Source of the DNA: Phaeosaccion multiseriatum | Lineage: Eukaryota; Protista; Ochrophyta, other classes | DNA length: 64,000 nucleotides | Reading direction: 5' to 3' | Assembly (NCBI GenBank): GCA_965112735.1 | Contig: OZ218952.1 | Span: 2,108,001-2,172,000 of the forward strand | Shown: piece by piece, positions 1 through 12,399 of the stretch | Layout of the letters: each line of letters begins with the position of its first letter | How positions within the stretch are numbered: the first letter of the stretch is position 1 | Notes under the pieces: model-generated | Database searches by the model: none | Seen by the model: only the letters and a program-made list of their open reading frames with translations | What the model was told of the DNA's origin: nothing | Program-made: the position numbers and the translations under genes

Positions 1-2284
1 GCATCTCCTTCAGCAAATCCAGCGCCTTCTCGTACTGCCCTGCCTTGCCACACGCACTAATCGCAGAGTTGTACGTGATTTCATTGGGTTGAAGCCCTTC
101 CCTGCGCATCTCCTCCAGCAAGTCAAGCGCCTTCTCGTGCTCTCCTGCATTCCCACAAGCAGAAACCGCAGAGCTGTACGTGATTTCATTAGGTTGCAGC
201 CCTTCCCTGCGCATCTTCTCCAGCAAGTCCAGCGCCTTCTCATGCTGTCCTGCACTGCCACACGCCTCAATTGCAGAGCTGTATGAGATGACATCGATTT
301 GAAGGCCCTCCCTGCGCATCTCCTCGAGCAGGGCAAACGCCGTCTCAGGCTCTCCTGCATTGCCACAAGCACTAATCGCAGAGCTGTACGAGATCTCATC
401 GGGTTGAAGCCCTTCCCTCTGCATCTCCTTCAGCAAGTCCAGCGCCTTCTCGTGCTCTCCTGCCTTGCCACAAGCAGAAATCGCAGAGTTGTACGTGATT
501 TTATCGGGCTGAAGGCCTTCCCTCCGCATCTCCTTCAGCAAGCCAAGCGCCTTCTGATCCTGCCCTGACTTGGCACACGCATCAACTGCAGAGTTGTACG
601 ATAATACATCGGGTTCAAGGCCTTCCCTGCGCATCTCCTTCAACAAGTCAAGTGCCTTCTCGTGCTCTCCTGCCTTGCCACAAGCATCAATCGCAGAGTT
701 GTACGAGATTTCATTGGGTCCAAGCCCTTCCCCCTGCATCTCCTTGAGCAAGTCCAGCGCCTTCTCATGCTCTCCTGCCTTGCCACACGCACAAATCGCA
801 GAGTTGTACGAGACTTCATTGGGTTGAAGCCCTTCCCTGCGCATCTCGTCCAGCAAGTCAAGCGCCTTCTCGTGCTCTCCTGCATTGGCACAACCATCAA
901 TTGCAGAGCTGTATGAGAATACATCAGGCGCAGTGCCTTCAGCGCGCATCTCCTTCAGCAAGTCAAGCGCCTTCTCATGCTCTCCTGCCTTGCCACATGC
1001 AGAAATTGCAGAGTTGTATGAGATCTCCTTGGGTCGAAGCCCTTCGATGCGCATGTCCTTCAACAAGTTAAGAGCCTTCTCGTGTTCTCCTGCCTTACCA
1101 CAAGCATCAATCGCAGAGTTGTAAGAGATTTCATCGGGTTCAAGCCCTTCCCTGCGCATCGATTTCAACAAATCAAGCGCCTTCTCGTGCTCTCCTGCCT
1201 TGCCACAAGCCGTAATCGCAGAGTTGTAAGAGATTTGATTGGGTTCAAGCCCTTCCCCAGGCATCTCCTTCAGCAAGTCAAGCGCCTTCTCATGCTGCCC
1301 TGCCTTGCCACAGGCCGAAATCGCAGAGTTGTACGAGACTTCATCGGGTCGAAGCCCTTCCCTCCGCATCTCCTTCAGCAAGTCAAGCGCCTTCTCGTGT
1401 TCTCCAGCCCTGCCACAGGCACCAATCGCAGAGTTGTACGAGATTTCATTGGGTCGAAGCCCTTCACTCCTCATCTCTTTCAGCAAGTCAAGCGCCTTCT
1501 CGTGCTCTCCCGCCTTGGCACAGGCATCAATTCCAGAGTTGTAAGAGATATCATTGGGCTGAATCCCTTCCTCACGCATTTCCTTGAGCAAGGCAAGCGC
1601 CTTCTCGGGCTCTCCTGTATTACCACAAGCCGTAATCGCGGAGCTGTATGTGATGATATCGGGTTGGGGGCCGCTTGCCTTCATCTCATCGAATAGGGCA
1701 AGCGCCTTCTCGGACTGCCCAGCCTTCCCACAAGCAAAAATCGCAGAATTGTATGTGATGACATTGGGATCAAGGCAGCTTGCCTTCATCTCCTCCAGCA
1801 GGGCAAGTGCGCCCTTCCATCGCCCAGCTTTGCCCACGGCAGAAATGGCGGCGCTGTACGAAAACACGTTCATTGGAACCCCCGCTGCTTTTGCCTGCTC
1901 AATCATTCTTGCCACGCCCCTCCAGTCGCGCAGATTGCCAAGTCTCTGGATCTCCTTGGTCAAGGCTATTTGCTTTTGTACCGTTGTACTTCTACCGCCT
2001 CGTCGCTGCTGTGGTCCTCCCCTATTGAGACTGCCCCTGGTTCCAAACAGGCGGAGCAAGTGAGTTGCCGCCTGCCGCTCAGCATGCACCGGGGCTGTGA
2101 GGATGGAGTTGTGTCTCCTCACATGAGGGTGCTGAGGTGAAGGAGCGGAGTGAGCAGTAGAAGCCCATCGTCCCCACGAGCTTGTGGAAGCAGCAGAGTT
2201 AGAGCCATCAGCTGGCACACCTCCTCCTCCTCCTCCTCCCCCTCCTGCTGCTGCAGAAATGAAGCCCGCCACGCTGCCCTGCAT
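1..2284 (-). CDS. Intronless P-type pentatricopeptide repeat (PPR) protein, copy 1; 3' end runs off the window
   Basis: Manual translation from ATG 2284 (MQGSVAGFISAAAGGG...KEIQRLGNLRDWRGVARMIEQAKAAGVPMNVFSYSAAISAVGKAGRWKGALALLEEM), followed by 17 complete 35-aa repeats of the type EISYNSAISACGKAGEHEKALDLLKEMRREGLQPN and a partial 18th. It is absent from the ORF track because no stop falls inside the window. Paralogous to 13088..15106. Confidence 0.93.
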   Translation of the reverse strand, partial: MQGSVAGFISAAAGGGGGGGGGVPADGSNSAASTSSWGRWASTAHSAPSPQHPHVRRHNSILTAPVHAERQAATHLLRLFGTRGSLNRGGPQQRRGGRSTTVQKQIALTKEIQRLGNLRDWRGVARMIEQAKAAGVPMNVFSYSAAISAVGKAGRWKGALALLEEMKASCLDPNVITYNSAIFACGKAGQSEKALALFDEMKASGPQPDIITYSSAITACGNTGEPEKALALLKEMREEGIQPNDISYNSGIDACAKAGEHEKALDLLKEMRSEGLRPNEISYNSAIGACGRAGEHEKALDLLKEMRREGLRPDEVSYNSAISACGKAGQHEKALDLLKEMPGEGLEPNQISYNSAITACGKAGEHEKALDLLKSMRREGLEPDEISYNSAIDACGKAGEHEKALNLLKDMRIEGLRPKEISYNSAISACGKAGEHEKALDLLKEMRAEGTAPDVFSYSSAIDGCANAGEHEKALDLLDEMRREGLQPNEVSYNSAICACGKAGEHEKALDLLKEMQGEGLGPNEISYNSAIDACGKAGEHEKALDLLKEMRREGLEPDVLSYNSAVDACAKSGQDQKALGLLKEMRREGLQPDKITYNSAISACGKAGEHEKALDLLKEMQREGLQPDEISYSSAISACGNAGEPETAFALLEEMRREGLQIDVISYSSAIEACGSAGQHEKALDLLEKMRREGLQPNEITYSSAVSACGNAGEHEKALDLLEEMRREGLQPNEITYNSAISACGKAGQYEKALDLLKEM

Positions 2285-2544
2285 ACCTCTCCTCTAATCA
2301 ATTTCTCATCCCCATCCGCCCATATGGAGGGTGGTTGGTGCTCCAGATAGCCAGTTGTTAAGAGAGGGACGATTGACGATTGTTTCTTTTTTTTTGTAAG
2401 TGCTTCAGAGAAAGTCAGGATCTCCCACAGGGCACACAAGCATGTAATATACACACATACATGGTAGTAGTTAGCAGTAGAGTAAAATGAGGAGGGGTGA
2501 GAGTACCATCAGTAGCAGCAGGGCCTTTGCTTTGTGCTATAAGG

Positions 2545-4254
2545 CTATAAGCCCATAGAAGAGACGTCACAGGCGTCCAAAGCGGCCCGTACGCTGCCAA
2601 CCCCATCGCTACTATCGCCTGCTCCACCACCTCCTCCTCCTCCTCCTCCTCCTCCTCCTCCTCCTCCTCCTCCTCCTCCTCCTCCTCCACCTCCTCCTCC
2701 TCCCCCTCCGTTGGCTTCCGTAGCGCGGTATGGCCTTCTCGCTTGTTGCTGCGCCGCTGAGGGGCGAAGCGGTGGCTTGGCGCCTCCTGCCCCTCCTGCA
2801 GCGGAATTGCCAACTTCTACCCCTGCCCCTGCTGCTGTATTACCAACTGCTGATGCAGCTGCTGCTGTATTACCACCTGCTGTGCCCCCCCCCCCTCCCC
2901 CCTGCTTGGCACCCACATGCATACCCCCCCCTACTCGTGCCTCCACAATGTAATCATCCTGATCCTCCTCCCCCTCCTCTCCCTCCCCATAATCCTCTTC
3001 ATCCAAGTCCGGAAGCGGAAACCTCAACACGGCCGCCACCCCCGTCAGCTGAAGAAGCTGCTCCCCTGTGATGTGCATGCTGCTGAAGATGTAAACTTTG
3101 GCTCCGTTGGCCTTGCACGCCTCTACCAATGCAACGTACTTCCTCCTTGCGGCCATGTCGGAGGAGCGGAACAAGCCATCTGTGATGAGCAGGCTCTGTA
3201 CAGCACCCTCCTCGTTGGCCCGTTGCACGTGGTTGTAGCCGTAGTACGCGCGGTCGGCATCGCTCTTCATCATCTGCAGTGTTTACATGATTGTTGGTCG
3301 TTGGATGATTGTTCGTTGTAGAAGAATTGATGAATCAGTATGTCCAGCCCAGCCAAACTACGTGTGTGTATGTGTGTATGTATGTATGTGTGCTTGCGTG
3401 GTCCACACTGTTCAGGTTAGCAGTAGCGATAGCAGCCCCTCCCTCCCTCCTCCTCCTCCTCCTCCTCCTCCTCCTCCTCCTCTTACACATCCACATCCAC
3501 GTCCGCTGCCATCCTCATTTCCTATCCAATAAAATGGCATCAAGCCCCCCTCCTATCATCGTCTGCCATCCACTGCCATCCCTTGCCGTGTAGTGCCATC
3601 ACCTCACCTGAAAGAACTCTGTGAGTACTCTAATCTCTGCGGCAGCCTTCGTGTCTGACAGTCTGCTGAGCACCGCGGGGTCTGCCAGCAGCTCCTCCAC
3701 CGCACGCTTGTGGCCAGAAGTGGCGTGCGCCAGGACGAACTTGCCTATACAGCAGTTGGTGATACAGCAGTAGCAGAGTGAGACGTGCTCCTGCTTGCAA
3801 AGGCTATGGTGGAGGGGTGGAAGCTTTGGCCATCCCGAATTGAACGACGAAAAATCGATAGTGTCCGTCCCCACCCCCCCCCACCCTCCATCCTCTTCGC
3901 AAGTGGAGAGGGGCAATCAGTGTGGTGTGCCTAATGCAGTGTACCTGTGTGCCTGCCTGTCCCTCTCTCTCTCTGCATGTGTGTGTGTCTACCTTTGTGT
4001 TTGTGTGTGTGTGTGTGTGCGTGTGTGTGTGTGTGTGCGTGAGAGAGTGAGTTTTTGCGTGTGTGTTTGCGTGCTTGTGTGCCTTACTTTTGTTCTCGAT
4101 GATGGGGCGGTCCTCCCTCCTTGTGGCCTCCAGCATCATGTACGAGAAAAAGTCGTCCTTCAGGAAGCCCTGCCCACACCACACACACGCACACAAGAGA
4201 GTGAGCGAGAGAAAGAGAGAGAGAGAGAGAGAGAGCGAGCGAGAGAGAGAGATA

Positions 4255-4286
<32 letters not shown>

Positions 4287-6678
4287 CGCATAGACACACA
4301 AGAGAGACATGTGAGGGCGGCTTGACCTCAACGCCATGGGCCTGCTCAGCCCCTGGAGGCACCATGCACAACCTTCCCTCCACACAAGCCCCCCCCGACC
4401 CATGACACTCACAGCACTGCACGCACTCATTCAAGGCTCCTGACACCTGCTACTGCATGCACTCACTCAAGGTTCCTGACACCTGCTACTGCACGCACTC
4501 ATTCAAGGCTCCTGACACTGCTACTGCACGCACTCATTCAAGGCTCCTGACACCTCCTACTGCATGCACACACTCACCGGTGAACCGAGCAGCACACACT
4601 TGATGCGCGTGAAGTCCATGTGGCGCAGGATCTGGGGGAGTATGGGCATGGGTATATGGGTGATTGGGTAGACAGAGGGGGAGGGGAGCAACGATACAAA
4701 GGGAGGGAGGGAGGGAGGGAGGGAGGGAGGGACAGGTAGAGGGCAGTTAGAGTAGAGCAAGTGAAGCATCGATGGGGTGCAGCAGACAAACACACGTCGT
4801 ATCATGTAAGATGGATGGCAGTGGAAGGCTATGACCCTCTCGAGATAAGCAACATGGGACAAGATGAGAATAGTAGTGGAGGATTTATCTCCCCTCGATA
4901 TAGGCCAGATGGGAATATATGTCAGGGGAGGGCTAGCTCCCTTTGAAAGAGGCAACATAAGTTCGCAAACGGAAGACAGTGTTACATATGATAATATACA
5001 ATATACATATATAACATTACATGTATATGTATATAACTCTCACCGCCTGATAGATGGCCTCGAAGAAGCGGTTTATGGCCTTCTTATGGTCACTGCTGCC
5101 TGCCCTCTTCCGAGGGATGTTCATCTCCAGTCTAGCTCGAGTGAGGGTTAGGTGTCCAGTCACGAGGCAGACATGAGCCAGGCCCTGTGTGGAGCCCGGG
5201 GGGGTCGAAGGGAAGCGAGAGGGAGGGATGGGGAGGGGTGGGGAGGAGAGGGGGGAGAGAAGAGGAGAGGAGAGGCGAGGCGAGCGTCAGACGGGTACAG
5301 GGCTGCGGAAGGGAAGAGAAGAGGAAGAGAATAAGACAATGCGCTCCCGACTTTCAGGCTCGATACCAAGGAGAGGGCAGGCAGGTAGGCAAGCCGGCAG
5401 GGAGGGAGAGGGGGGCAATACTTTCTGTTGGGCCCCTCTCCACGAAATCTACTACCCTGACCTCTCACTCTCTCCCTCGCTCTCGCTCTCCCTCTATCCC
5501 CCACCCATCCCCTTGCTCTCTCTTCTCCCCTCGTTCTCTTCCTCTCCCCGTCTCCCTCTCTCTTTCCCTCCCTCCCTCCCTCCCTCCCTCCCTCCCCCTC
5601 TCCCCCTCCTCTCTCTCTTGCCTGCGTTAGCACCACCGCCCCAACCTCTGCTTGCTTGGTGGGGTCTGCAGCGGTCTCGATGCGCTCGAGAAACATGGCG
5701 TCCCAGCAGCTCTTCTCGATGGAGAAGTTTTGATTCATCTCCAAGTCCTGCCATACAGTCAGCACCGCATGCCATGGGATGGGATGGGATGGCATTGGAT
5801 GGCGTTGATGTGTATTGGCAACGATCACAAAGAGCGAAGGAGAATGAGCGATTGGTTGGCAAAGAGAGATAGACAGAGGGACATCGATAAATAGACAATG
5901 GGTTACATGCATATATATAGACAGACAAGAAGGGGGGGGAAACAAGAAGGAGGAACAGACATGGGGGGTAGGGTGGTAGAGCGGTGACACCTTGAGCATA
6001 CGATACTCATACACACACATCGCGGGATGGTGCTTCCGTGGTGAGAGCTCTGCTGCGGAGGAGGGGAACTCCTTCGCCAACCACGTGACAAAGTATGACA
6101 GGGCGATGGAAATGGAATGTACGCGAAGTGGCACCACTCGGGCACTCAGACACTTCCGAGACCCCCACTCCCTCACTCACCGCTGTGTGATAAGCCCCCA
6201 CCCGGACGTGTGGGTTCTCCTCCGTGTTTCTGCCGCTGATGCGCAGCAAGCACGACTCGGGGTCGAACTCCGTCTTCTCCACAGAGAGAGTGAGGTTGAG
6301 GCGCACTCGCTTGGAGGTGGTGGAGCCCGTGCTGCTCTCACTCACCACCTGACCGAGGACGAAGACGATGAAGAGGAGGACGATGAGAGGAGGAAGTCCA
6401 GTCAAGCCGTGTACTATACACGTATGTGCTGCACCGACACCATCCAAACAAAGACACGCCACCATGCTTACGCAATAGTACGATTCTCCTGTACCGTGAG
6501 CGATCACCATACGGTGCTACACCACTTGTGTGTCACGGACCTTCCTCGCGGTGGTGGTCCGCACAAGGTCGTGCGGCATGATGAGGTTGTAGGCGTGCCA
6601 CATGTCCTCAGACTCCTCCGCCCTCAGGCGAAGAAGACCATTTCCATCTTTTTCGATGGCGCGGTGAAGGATCTTCAT
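2545..6678 (-). CDS. PELO: Pelota/Dom34 (eRF1-like ribosome rescue factor), 7 exons
   Basis: Exons approx. 6541-6678 (MKILHRAIEKDGNGLLRLRAEESEDMWHAYNLI), 6181-6349 (RVRLNLTLSVEKTEFD...LRISGRNTEENPHVRVGAYHT), 5622-5748, 5044-5184 (GLAHVCLVT), 4578-4632, 4086-4170 (GFLKDDFF), 3608-3743 and 2545-3273 (RAYYG...LLITDGLFRS...FSSMHITGEQLLQLTGVAAVLRFP). That list contains eight coding segments; the exact count depends on by-eye boundaries. Confidence 0.95.
4400..4577. repeat. ~36-bp minisatellite (about 5 copies) at the 5' end of a pelota intron
   Basis: Unit ctactgcacgcactcattcaaggctcctgacacctg repeated next to the donor at 4577. Confidence 0.85.
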
Positions 6679-6826
6679 CGTTTATTTGGTGTGCTCTTTT
6701 CTTCTCCCAAGGTGCAGGGCTCGCCGTGCTTAATTATTTGACTGCGTGTTGCCCTAATTTTACTGGTGCTGTTCTTTGCCCCATGAGTTTGCAAGGGCTG
6801 TCGCCGACCTGGCAGTGATGGAGTCT

Positions 6827-6864
<38 letters not shown>

Positions 6865-7060
6865 GTCTTTTTGACACAGTGAGAGACAGGAGAGAGAGCC
6901 AGGCGAGTATATGTCAATGAAATTTCCGAGGCGGCATGTTGCAAACCATATAACGGCCAGGGGGAAATTGTGAAGGGAGAGAGATTTGTACAGATATTTG
7001 CCAAGGAGAGAGGGTGGAGCTGTGCGAGGACTGGAGGACAAGAGCCGCGAGGGAGGCGTC

Positions 7061-8490
7061 ATGGCAGAGGAAGGCGGGGAGACGAGGCAAAAGAGGACTG
7101 TCGTGGAGGAGAGTCCTTACTCGGTATGTCGCGAGAAGTTGGGTCAACTTCGATGCTTCTGCTTGCTCTGGCACCTTGAAGCGTCGCCCATATCTGTCCT
7201 AGAGAGGCTATGTGTCTGTCTCATGCTCCGTATTGCTGGACGGGAAACTCAGTGCTGGCTATTTATGAGTAGTAGATTGAAAGCCCAAAGAGAGGAGGGC
7301 ATAGATTGACAAGCAGCCCACAGAGCAGAAATTGTTCCTCCCTGTGCTACCCCTTCCTATGCATGAGAGGCAAAGCAGCTCAGCTGGCAACCTCCCCCTT
7401 CCTGTGTCTTCCTCCACCCCGTATTCTACCTGTGCCCCTCCCTGCGCTTTTCAGTGCCTGGCGTTTATCCAGTGGGAGAACGCCCTGGAGAAGCTTAAGA
7501 TCCTTGACTATGAGCTGCTCTTCTGCCAGCCAAAGAATGCGCTGCCCTTCACAAGGACCTACTTCGCCGTACCGGCTGACAACGCGGGCCTGCAGGTGAG
7601 TGAGTGGGTGGGTAGTTGTGTGAGGGAGGGAGCTACTAACACCCCTTCCTATCCTGAACTGATGACGTAACTCCTATCCTGAACAGTTCCGTAGCTTCCA
7701 GGAGCTTGCCTCTTGGCTGGTGGAGGCCGCCACAAACGACCCCGAGCTGTTCAAGATTGACAAGTACGACGACCCCACTACCTCTGCCAACAAGCTCATG
7801 CTGGCTCTCAAGACCATGAGCTACGGAATGGACTTCCCCGTCAGCAAGCTCAAGCAGGTACCGCAGGTCCACTCGGTCGGTCGGCCGGTCGCTCGGTCGA
7901 TGGGTGGGTGGGTGTGTGGGTGGGTGGGTCTTTCGGTCAGGGGTGAATTAGGTGGGTGGGTTGGGCTCACTGTGTCGTGTGTCATTTCTTGTCAACTATG
8001 CATTGTGTTCTGTGTGCGAGGGAGGAGCCCGACTGATAGATCGATCGAGTGGTGTCAGCCCTATGATGTGACCCGGTCCAGTCATACAAGGGGCGGTCAC
8101 ATTGTCTGTCCGTCTCTATGTCTGTCATACCGACACAAGATAACACCGCCCCTCCCTCCCTCCCTCCCCTCCCCTCCCCTCCCCTCCCCTCCCCAGGCGA
8201 ACGGAGAGGCCGTGTGTGCAGTGCTGGACTTCCTCTGCGACCGAGCCCTTGCCAAGAAGCGCATCTCCCTCATGCCCCCCGTGTACACTGACGAGGACCT
8301 TGCTGAGGACGCGGAGGTGGATGAGGACGCAGACCTGGGGGGGGGTATCGAGGACGAGGCAGAGGTGCGATAGATGGTGGTAGATGGCAGTGGATGGGGG
8401 ACAGGGGGGGTGGGAGGCGTATCTCACACACGCACACACGCACGCACACACAAACACGCACACACCTACCCACCCACACGTACACACACC

Positions 8491-8527
<37 letters not shown>

Positions 8528-8978
8528 CGCACACTCACGCACCTACACGCACCCATCCACGCGCACCTCCCCGCCCTCCCTGAACAGGTGCAGGAGGAGG
8601 AGGAGGCCATGTTTGAGGACCTAACCAAGGCGGACGAGACCGACGAATTCCGACCCGACGGGTCTCAGTACGGCATTTGTGAGAGCAACATCGACCCCGT
8701 CAAGTGGAAGGAGGAGCTCGAGAGAGTGGGGCCCAAGCTTCGGTTGGCGCAGCGTCAGGCGGGCAAGGAGTGGCGCTCGCACGTGGAGGAGACCAAGAAA
8801 CACGAGAAGGCCATCGCACAGGTAGATGGGTATCGTGATGGAGCCTTGGGGGAGACTGTGGGGGCCGGGGGGGTGTTGGAGGGGGTTTCGACTTAGGTGG
8901 AGTTGAGTTCACTTGACTTGACTACTGACACCACCCCACCCCACCCTCCCCCATACACATTCACATACACACGCACAC

Positions 8979-9019
<41 letters not shown>

Positions 9020-9886
9020 CACACATACACACACACTTCCTTACTTTCGACAGGCCATGCCCGAGGCGGCGGGGCAGCTTCAAATCATCTCCGCTGAAGT
9101 GCTTGACACGCTGGACAAGACACGCACCAAGGAGAGGTACATCAACAACCAGCAGGAGGCCCTCAGCGCCGAGCACAGGGGCCTCAAGGAGGAGCTCACT
9201 CGGTTAGAGAAGACGTACGACGCCAGCAATGAGCAGGTGGGTGGGATGGTGGCTATTGGTGGGGGTGGGAGCGGGGAGGGGAGGGAGGGAGGGGAGGGAG
9301 GGAGGGAGGGAGGGAGGGAGGGAGGGAGGGAGGGAGGGAGGGAGGGAGGGAGGGAGGGAGGGAGGGAGGGAGGGAGGGAGGGAGGGAGGGAGGGAGGGAG
9401 GGAGGGAGGGAGGGAGGGAGGAGGGAGGGAGGGAGGGAGGGAGGGAAGGAAGGAAGGAGGGAGGGAAGGAAGGAGGGAGGGAAGGAAGGAGGGAGGGAAG
9501 GAAGGAGGGAGGGAAGGAAGGAGGGAGGGAAGGAGGGAGCGAGCGAGCGAGGGAGGGAGGGAGGGAGGGGTGGGGATGGTAGCTATTTGTGGGAGTGGGA
9601 GTGGGAGTGGAAGGGAATGAATTGCGGTCGTGCCATATGTGAGTTCACCTGTGCCATCTGTGTGTATGGTGTATGTGTGAACAACCAACAGGTGAACGAC
9701 CTGACCAACGACCTTGCGGTGGTGTCGGAGGAAGTGGAGGAGATGAAGGAGCGGATGGACGACAGAGGCGGGGGAGGCAAGATGAACGAGGCGAGTCCGC
9801 TCGTACGCATCAAGGGCTCTCTGCAGCAGATCAAGGTGGGTGGGCGGGTGTATGTGTGGGTGCGTGCGTGCGTGTCATCACCAACA

Positions 9887-9918
<32 letters not shown>

Positions 9919-10411
9919 CTCCCTTGCCTGTGCGGTTTATTCCGTCGCTACTTGGGGGTCACGACCATGGCATGTACCGTCTCCACCCAAGCATCTCAAT
10001 CCTCTCTCCCTCTCTCCGTCCCTCCCTCACTCCCTCCCTCAACTCCCTCCCTCCCTTCCTTCCTTCCTTCCTTCCTTCCTTCCTTTCTCCCTCCTCCGCC
10101 CCCCTGTCCCTCTCTCCATCCCTCTCCTCCCTCTCCCCTCTTCCCCCAACCAACAACAACAGGCCGAGATCAAGACTTTCGATCTCCGGATAGGAGTGGT
10201 CAGCCATAGCCTCCTAGCAGCAAAGGTCAAGACCGTTCGGGAGGGCTCCGCAACAAGAAAAGGAGGGGGCAGGGGGGGCAGAGGAGGCGGCGGGAGCGGG
10301 GGGGGCGGAGGAGGAGGAGGTGGAAGGAGAGGCGGTGGGGGCGGGCATGGGCGCATCTCCGCCAGCCAAGACGATACAGACTTTTCCATCAGCGAGAGCA
10401 GCGGGGAGTGA
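7061..10411 (+). CDS. IFT57: Intraflagellar transport protein 57 (HIPPI family), multi-exon
   Basis: MAEEGGETRQKRTVVEESPYS|CLAFIQWENALEKLKILDYE...RTYFAVPADNAGLQ|FRSFQELASWL...DKYDDPTTSANKLM...FPVSKLKQ|ANGEAVCAVLDFL...|IDPVKWKEELERVGPKL...KEWRSHVEE...|ERYINNQ...|SPLVRIKGSLQQIK|AEIKTFDLRIGVVSHSLL; GT-AG introns throughout. Confidence 0.92.
9281..9570. repeat. (GGAG)n/(GGAA)n microsatellite in an IFT57 intron, bracketed by a ~35-bp direct duplication
   Basis: Visible array; gtgggatggtggctattggtggg at ~9241 recurs as gtggggatggtagctatttgtggg at ~9570. Confidence 0.9.
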
Positions 10412-10890
10412 GGGAGTGGGGGTTTGATCGACTGAGGGAGTGATGCGAGCAGGGTCGACATAGAAGCTCCATGAGGTCGATATCCCTAGCAAAGGCTTAA
10501 GTTAATGGTTAAAGGCCCGCGACGAAGCAGGAGGGAGCGAATCTCGGACGAAGGGCCGAAATCGATGCTTTTCCAACGGTCATTTTTTTCGGTCATTGGA
10601 GGGAGGGTTAGAGGACACTCTTGACTACTGACTGCACCTCTACTTGTTGTTGATGCAATCGACACTGTCTGGTGCCAGTGTTGGCTGTGCTCCTCTTCTG
10701 ATTACCCCTTGGCTAGGGATATCGGCTAGGGTTATTATTTGGATTCGTCGGTCCAACTGAAACTGGATTCGTCCATTCGTTCTTTACACGGCGGTACGGT
10801 TAAAACAGTGGCAAAACAAACAACAGGGGATCAGTTTGAAGGCTGCTCTTCACTCATCCATCAAGGTCCTTTATGATTGAGCTCATCAGC

Positions 10891-12092
10891 ATGAAGAAGG
10901 GGGCTTTCATACGAATAGAGGTACGCAGGATGATTGGGTATGAAGGAGAGGACGAGCGGTAATTTTTGAATGGGAGGCCACCCAGCTTCAATCTCGCTCA
11001 TAAATGTAGCCTCTGTCGTATTTGTTCCCTCCTTTCCAGGCGCAGCGATTGTATAAGGCCATCAGGGATGGGGGGGCTGCAGTCAAGATTGAGGTGATTG
11101 TGGAAACTCTCGTATCCAAGGGAGGGAGACAAAGTCTGAACCAGCGGATTCACGGCAGCGGACGTGCGGCGATGACCTTGGCGGCTGCGCTTGGTCGAGC
11201 AGACGTCATTGACATTCTCATCTCAGCAGGGGGCGATGTCGATCAGGCGGGCATTGAGGGGTTCACTCCTCTCTGTGTGGCCTGTCAAAAGGGGCACATT
11301 CCAGTGGTAAAGCAGCTCCTCTCTGCGGGCGCATGCATCGAGAAACCCTGCCAGGGAATCACTCCCCTCTTCATCGCATCTCAAAAGGGGCACACTCTAG
11401 TGGTAAGGCAGCTCATCTTAGCCGGAGCATGTATCGATCAAGGAAATCGGCAGGGAGCCACTCCGCTCTTGGTCGCCTCTCAAAATGGGCATGCAACGGT
11501 CGTGGAAAAGCTTCTATGGGCAGGCGCCGCAGTGGAAGCGACGGACTTCCAGGGTCGGACTCCACTCCACGCCGCCTCTGCACTCGGTCATGGTGGAGTG
11601 GTGAGGCGGCTTCTCCGTGCTGGGGCGAAGGCGGATTGTGCAGAGGGCATGGAGGGATTCACCCCACTTCACTTTGCTGCTCGCTATGGGCACGGGGAGG
11701 TGGTGGCCCGTCTTCTGGCCGCAGGCTGTCCGTGTGATGCCCTGGACAGGAGAGGCCTGATTACCCCGCTGCTAGGTGCCATCATTGATGGCCATCATGG
11801 GATCGCTTTGCAGCTCCTATCGGCGGGAGCTTCCGTGGACACGGCTCTGGTCTTTCTACAGCAGGCGGGCACAAGCCCTGCTATCGAAGATGTCAAGCAG
11901 CGCCTCCTCGCCGCAGCAGCGGAGCTCTTCGCATCGCAGACTACCGTGGACCGGAGGCGCGCAATGACCGAGCCCACCTTTGGCAAGCAGAGGGGGGTAC
12001 CGCAGCCGCAGGAGAGGGGAGTACACCCCGAGACAAAGCTCGAGGTGGCTTCGGACATTGCCTGGACAAACGCCCATCATCGCGTGACTTAG
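10891..12092 (+). CDS. Ankyrin-repeat protein (about 7 ANK repeats), copy 1; short first exon plus one long exon
   Basis: ORF 11022..12092 has GFTPLCVACQKGH, GITPLFIASQKGH, GATPLLVASQNGH, GRTPLHAASALGH and GFTPLHFAARYGH. Putative exon 1 is 10891-10920 (MKKGAFIRIE|gtac) and the acceptor is tttccag at 11039. The start is uncertain. Confidence 0.85.
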
Positions 12093-12399
12093 CAAGAGCT
12101 GTCCGTCTACTAGAGGGAGGTGTCCGTCAATAGTAGAGAGAGGTGCAGGCTTGGGTGGGCAAACAGACAAGGAAGGAGTTTTGAGTGTTGTGTTGTTGCT
12201 TTGCTTGCTTTCTCTGTCCCTCTCGCCTCACCGCATGGTTGATTTTAGACTTGAAGCTCATGGACCATCTTTGGTCTATGGGAGGATATATCTCACAATG
12301 GCGAAGGAAGGCATCAGTGCTGCAGGGACACCACTGACGTCAAAGGCGCCGCACCTAACTCAAATTGTGAGAATCATAGAGCGAAGACCAAGAAGGGGA

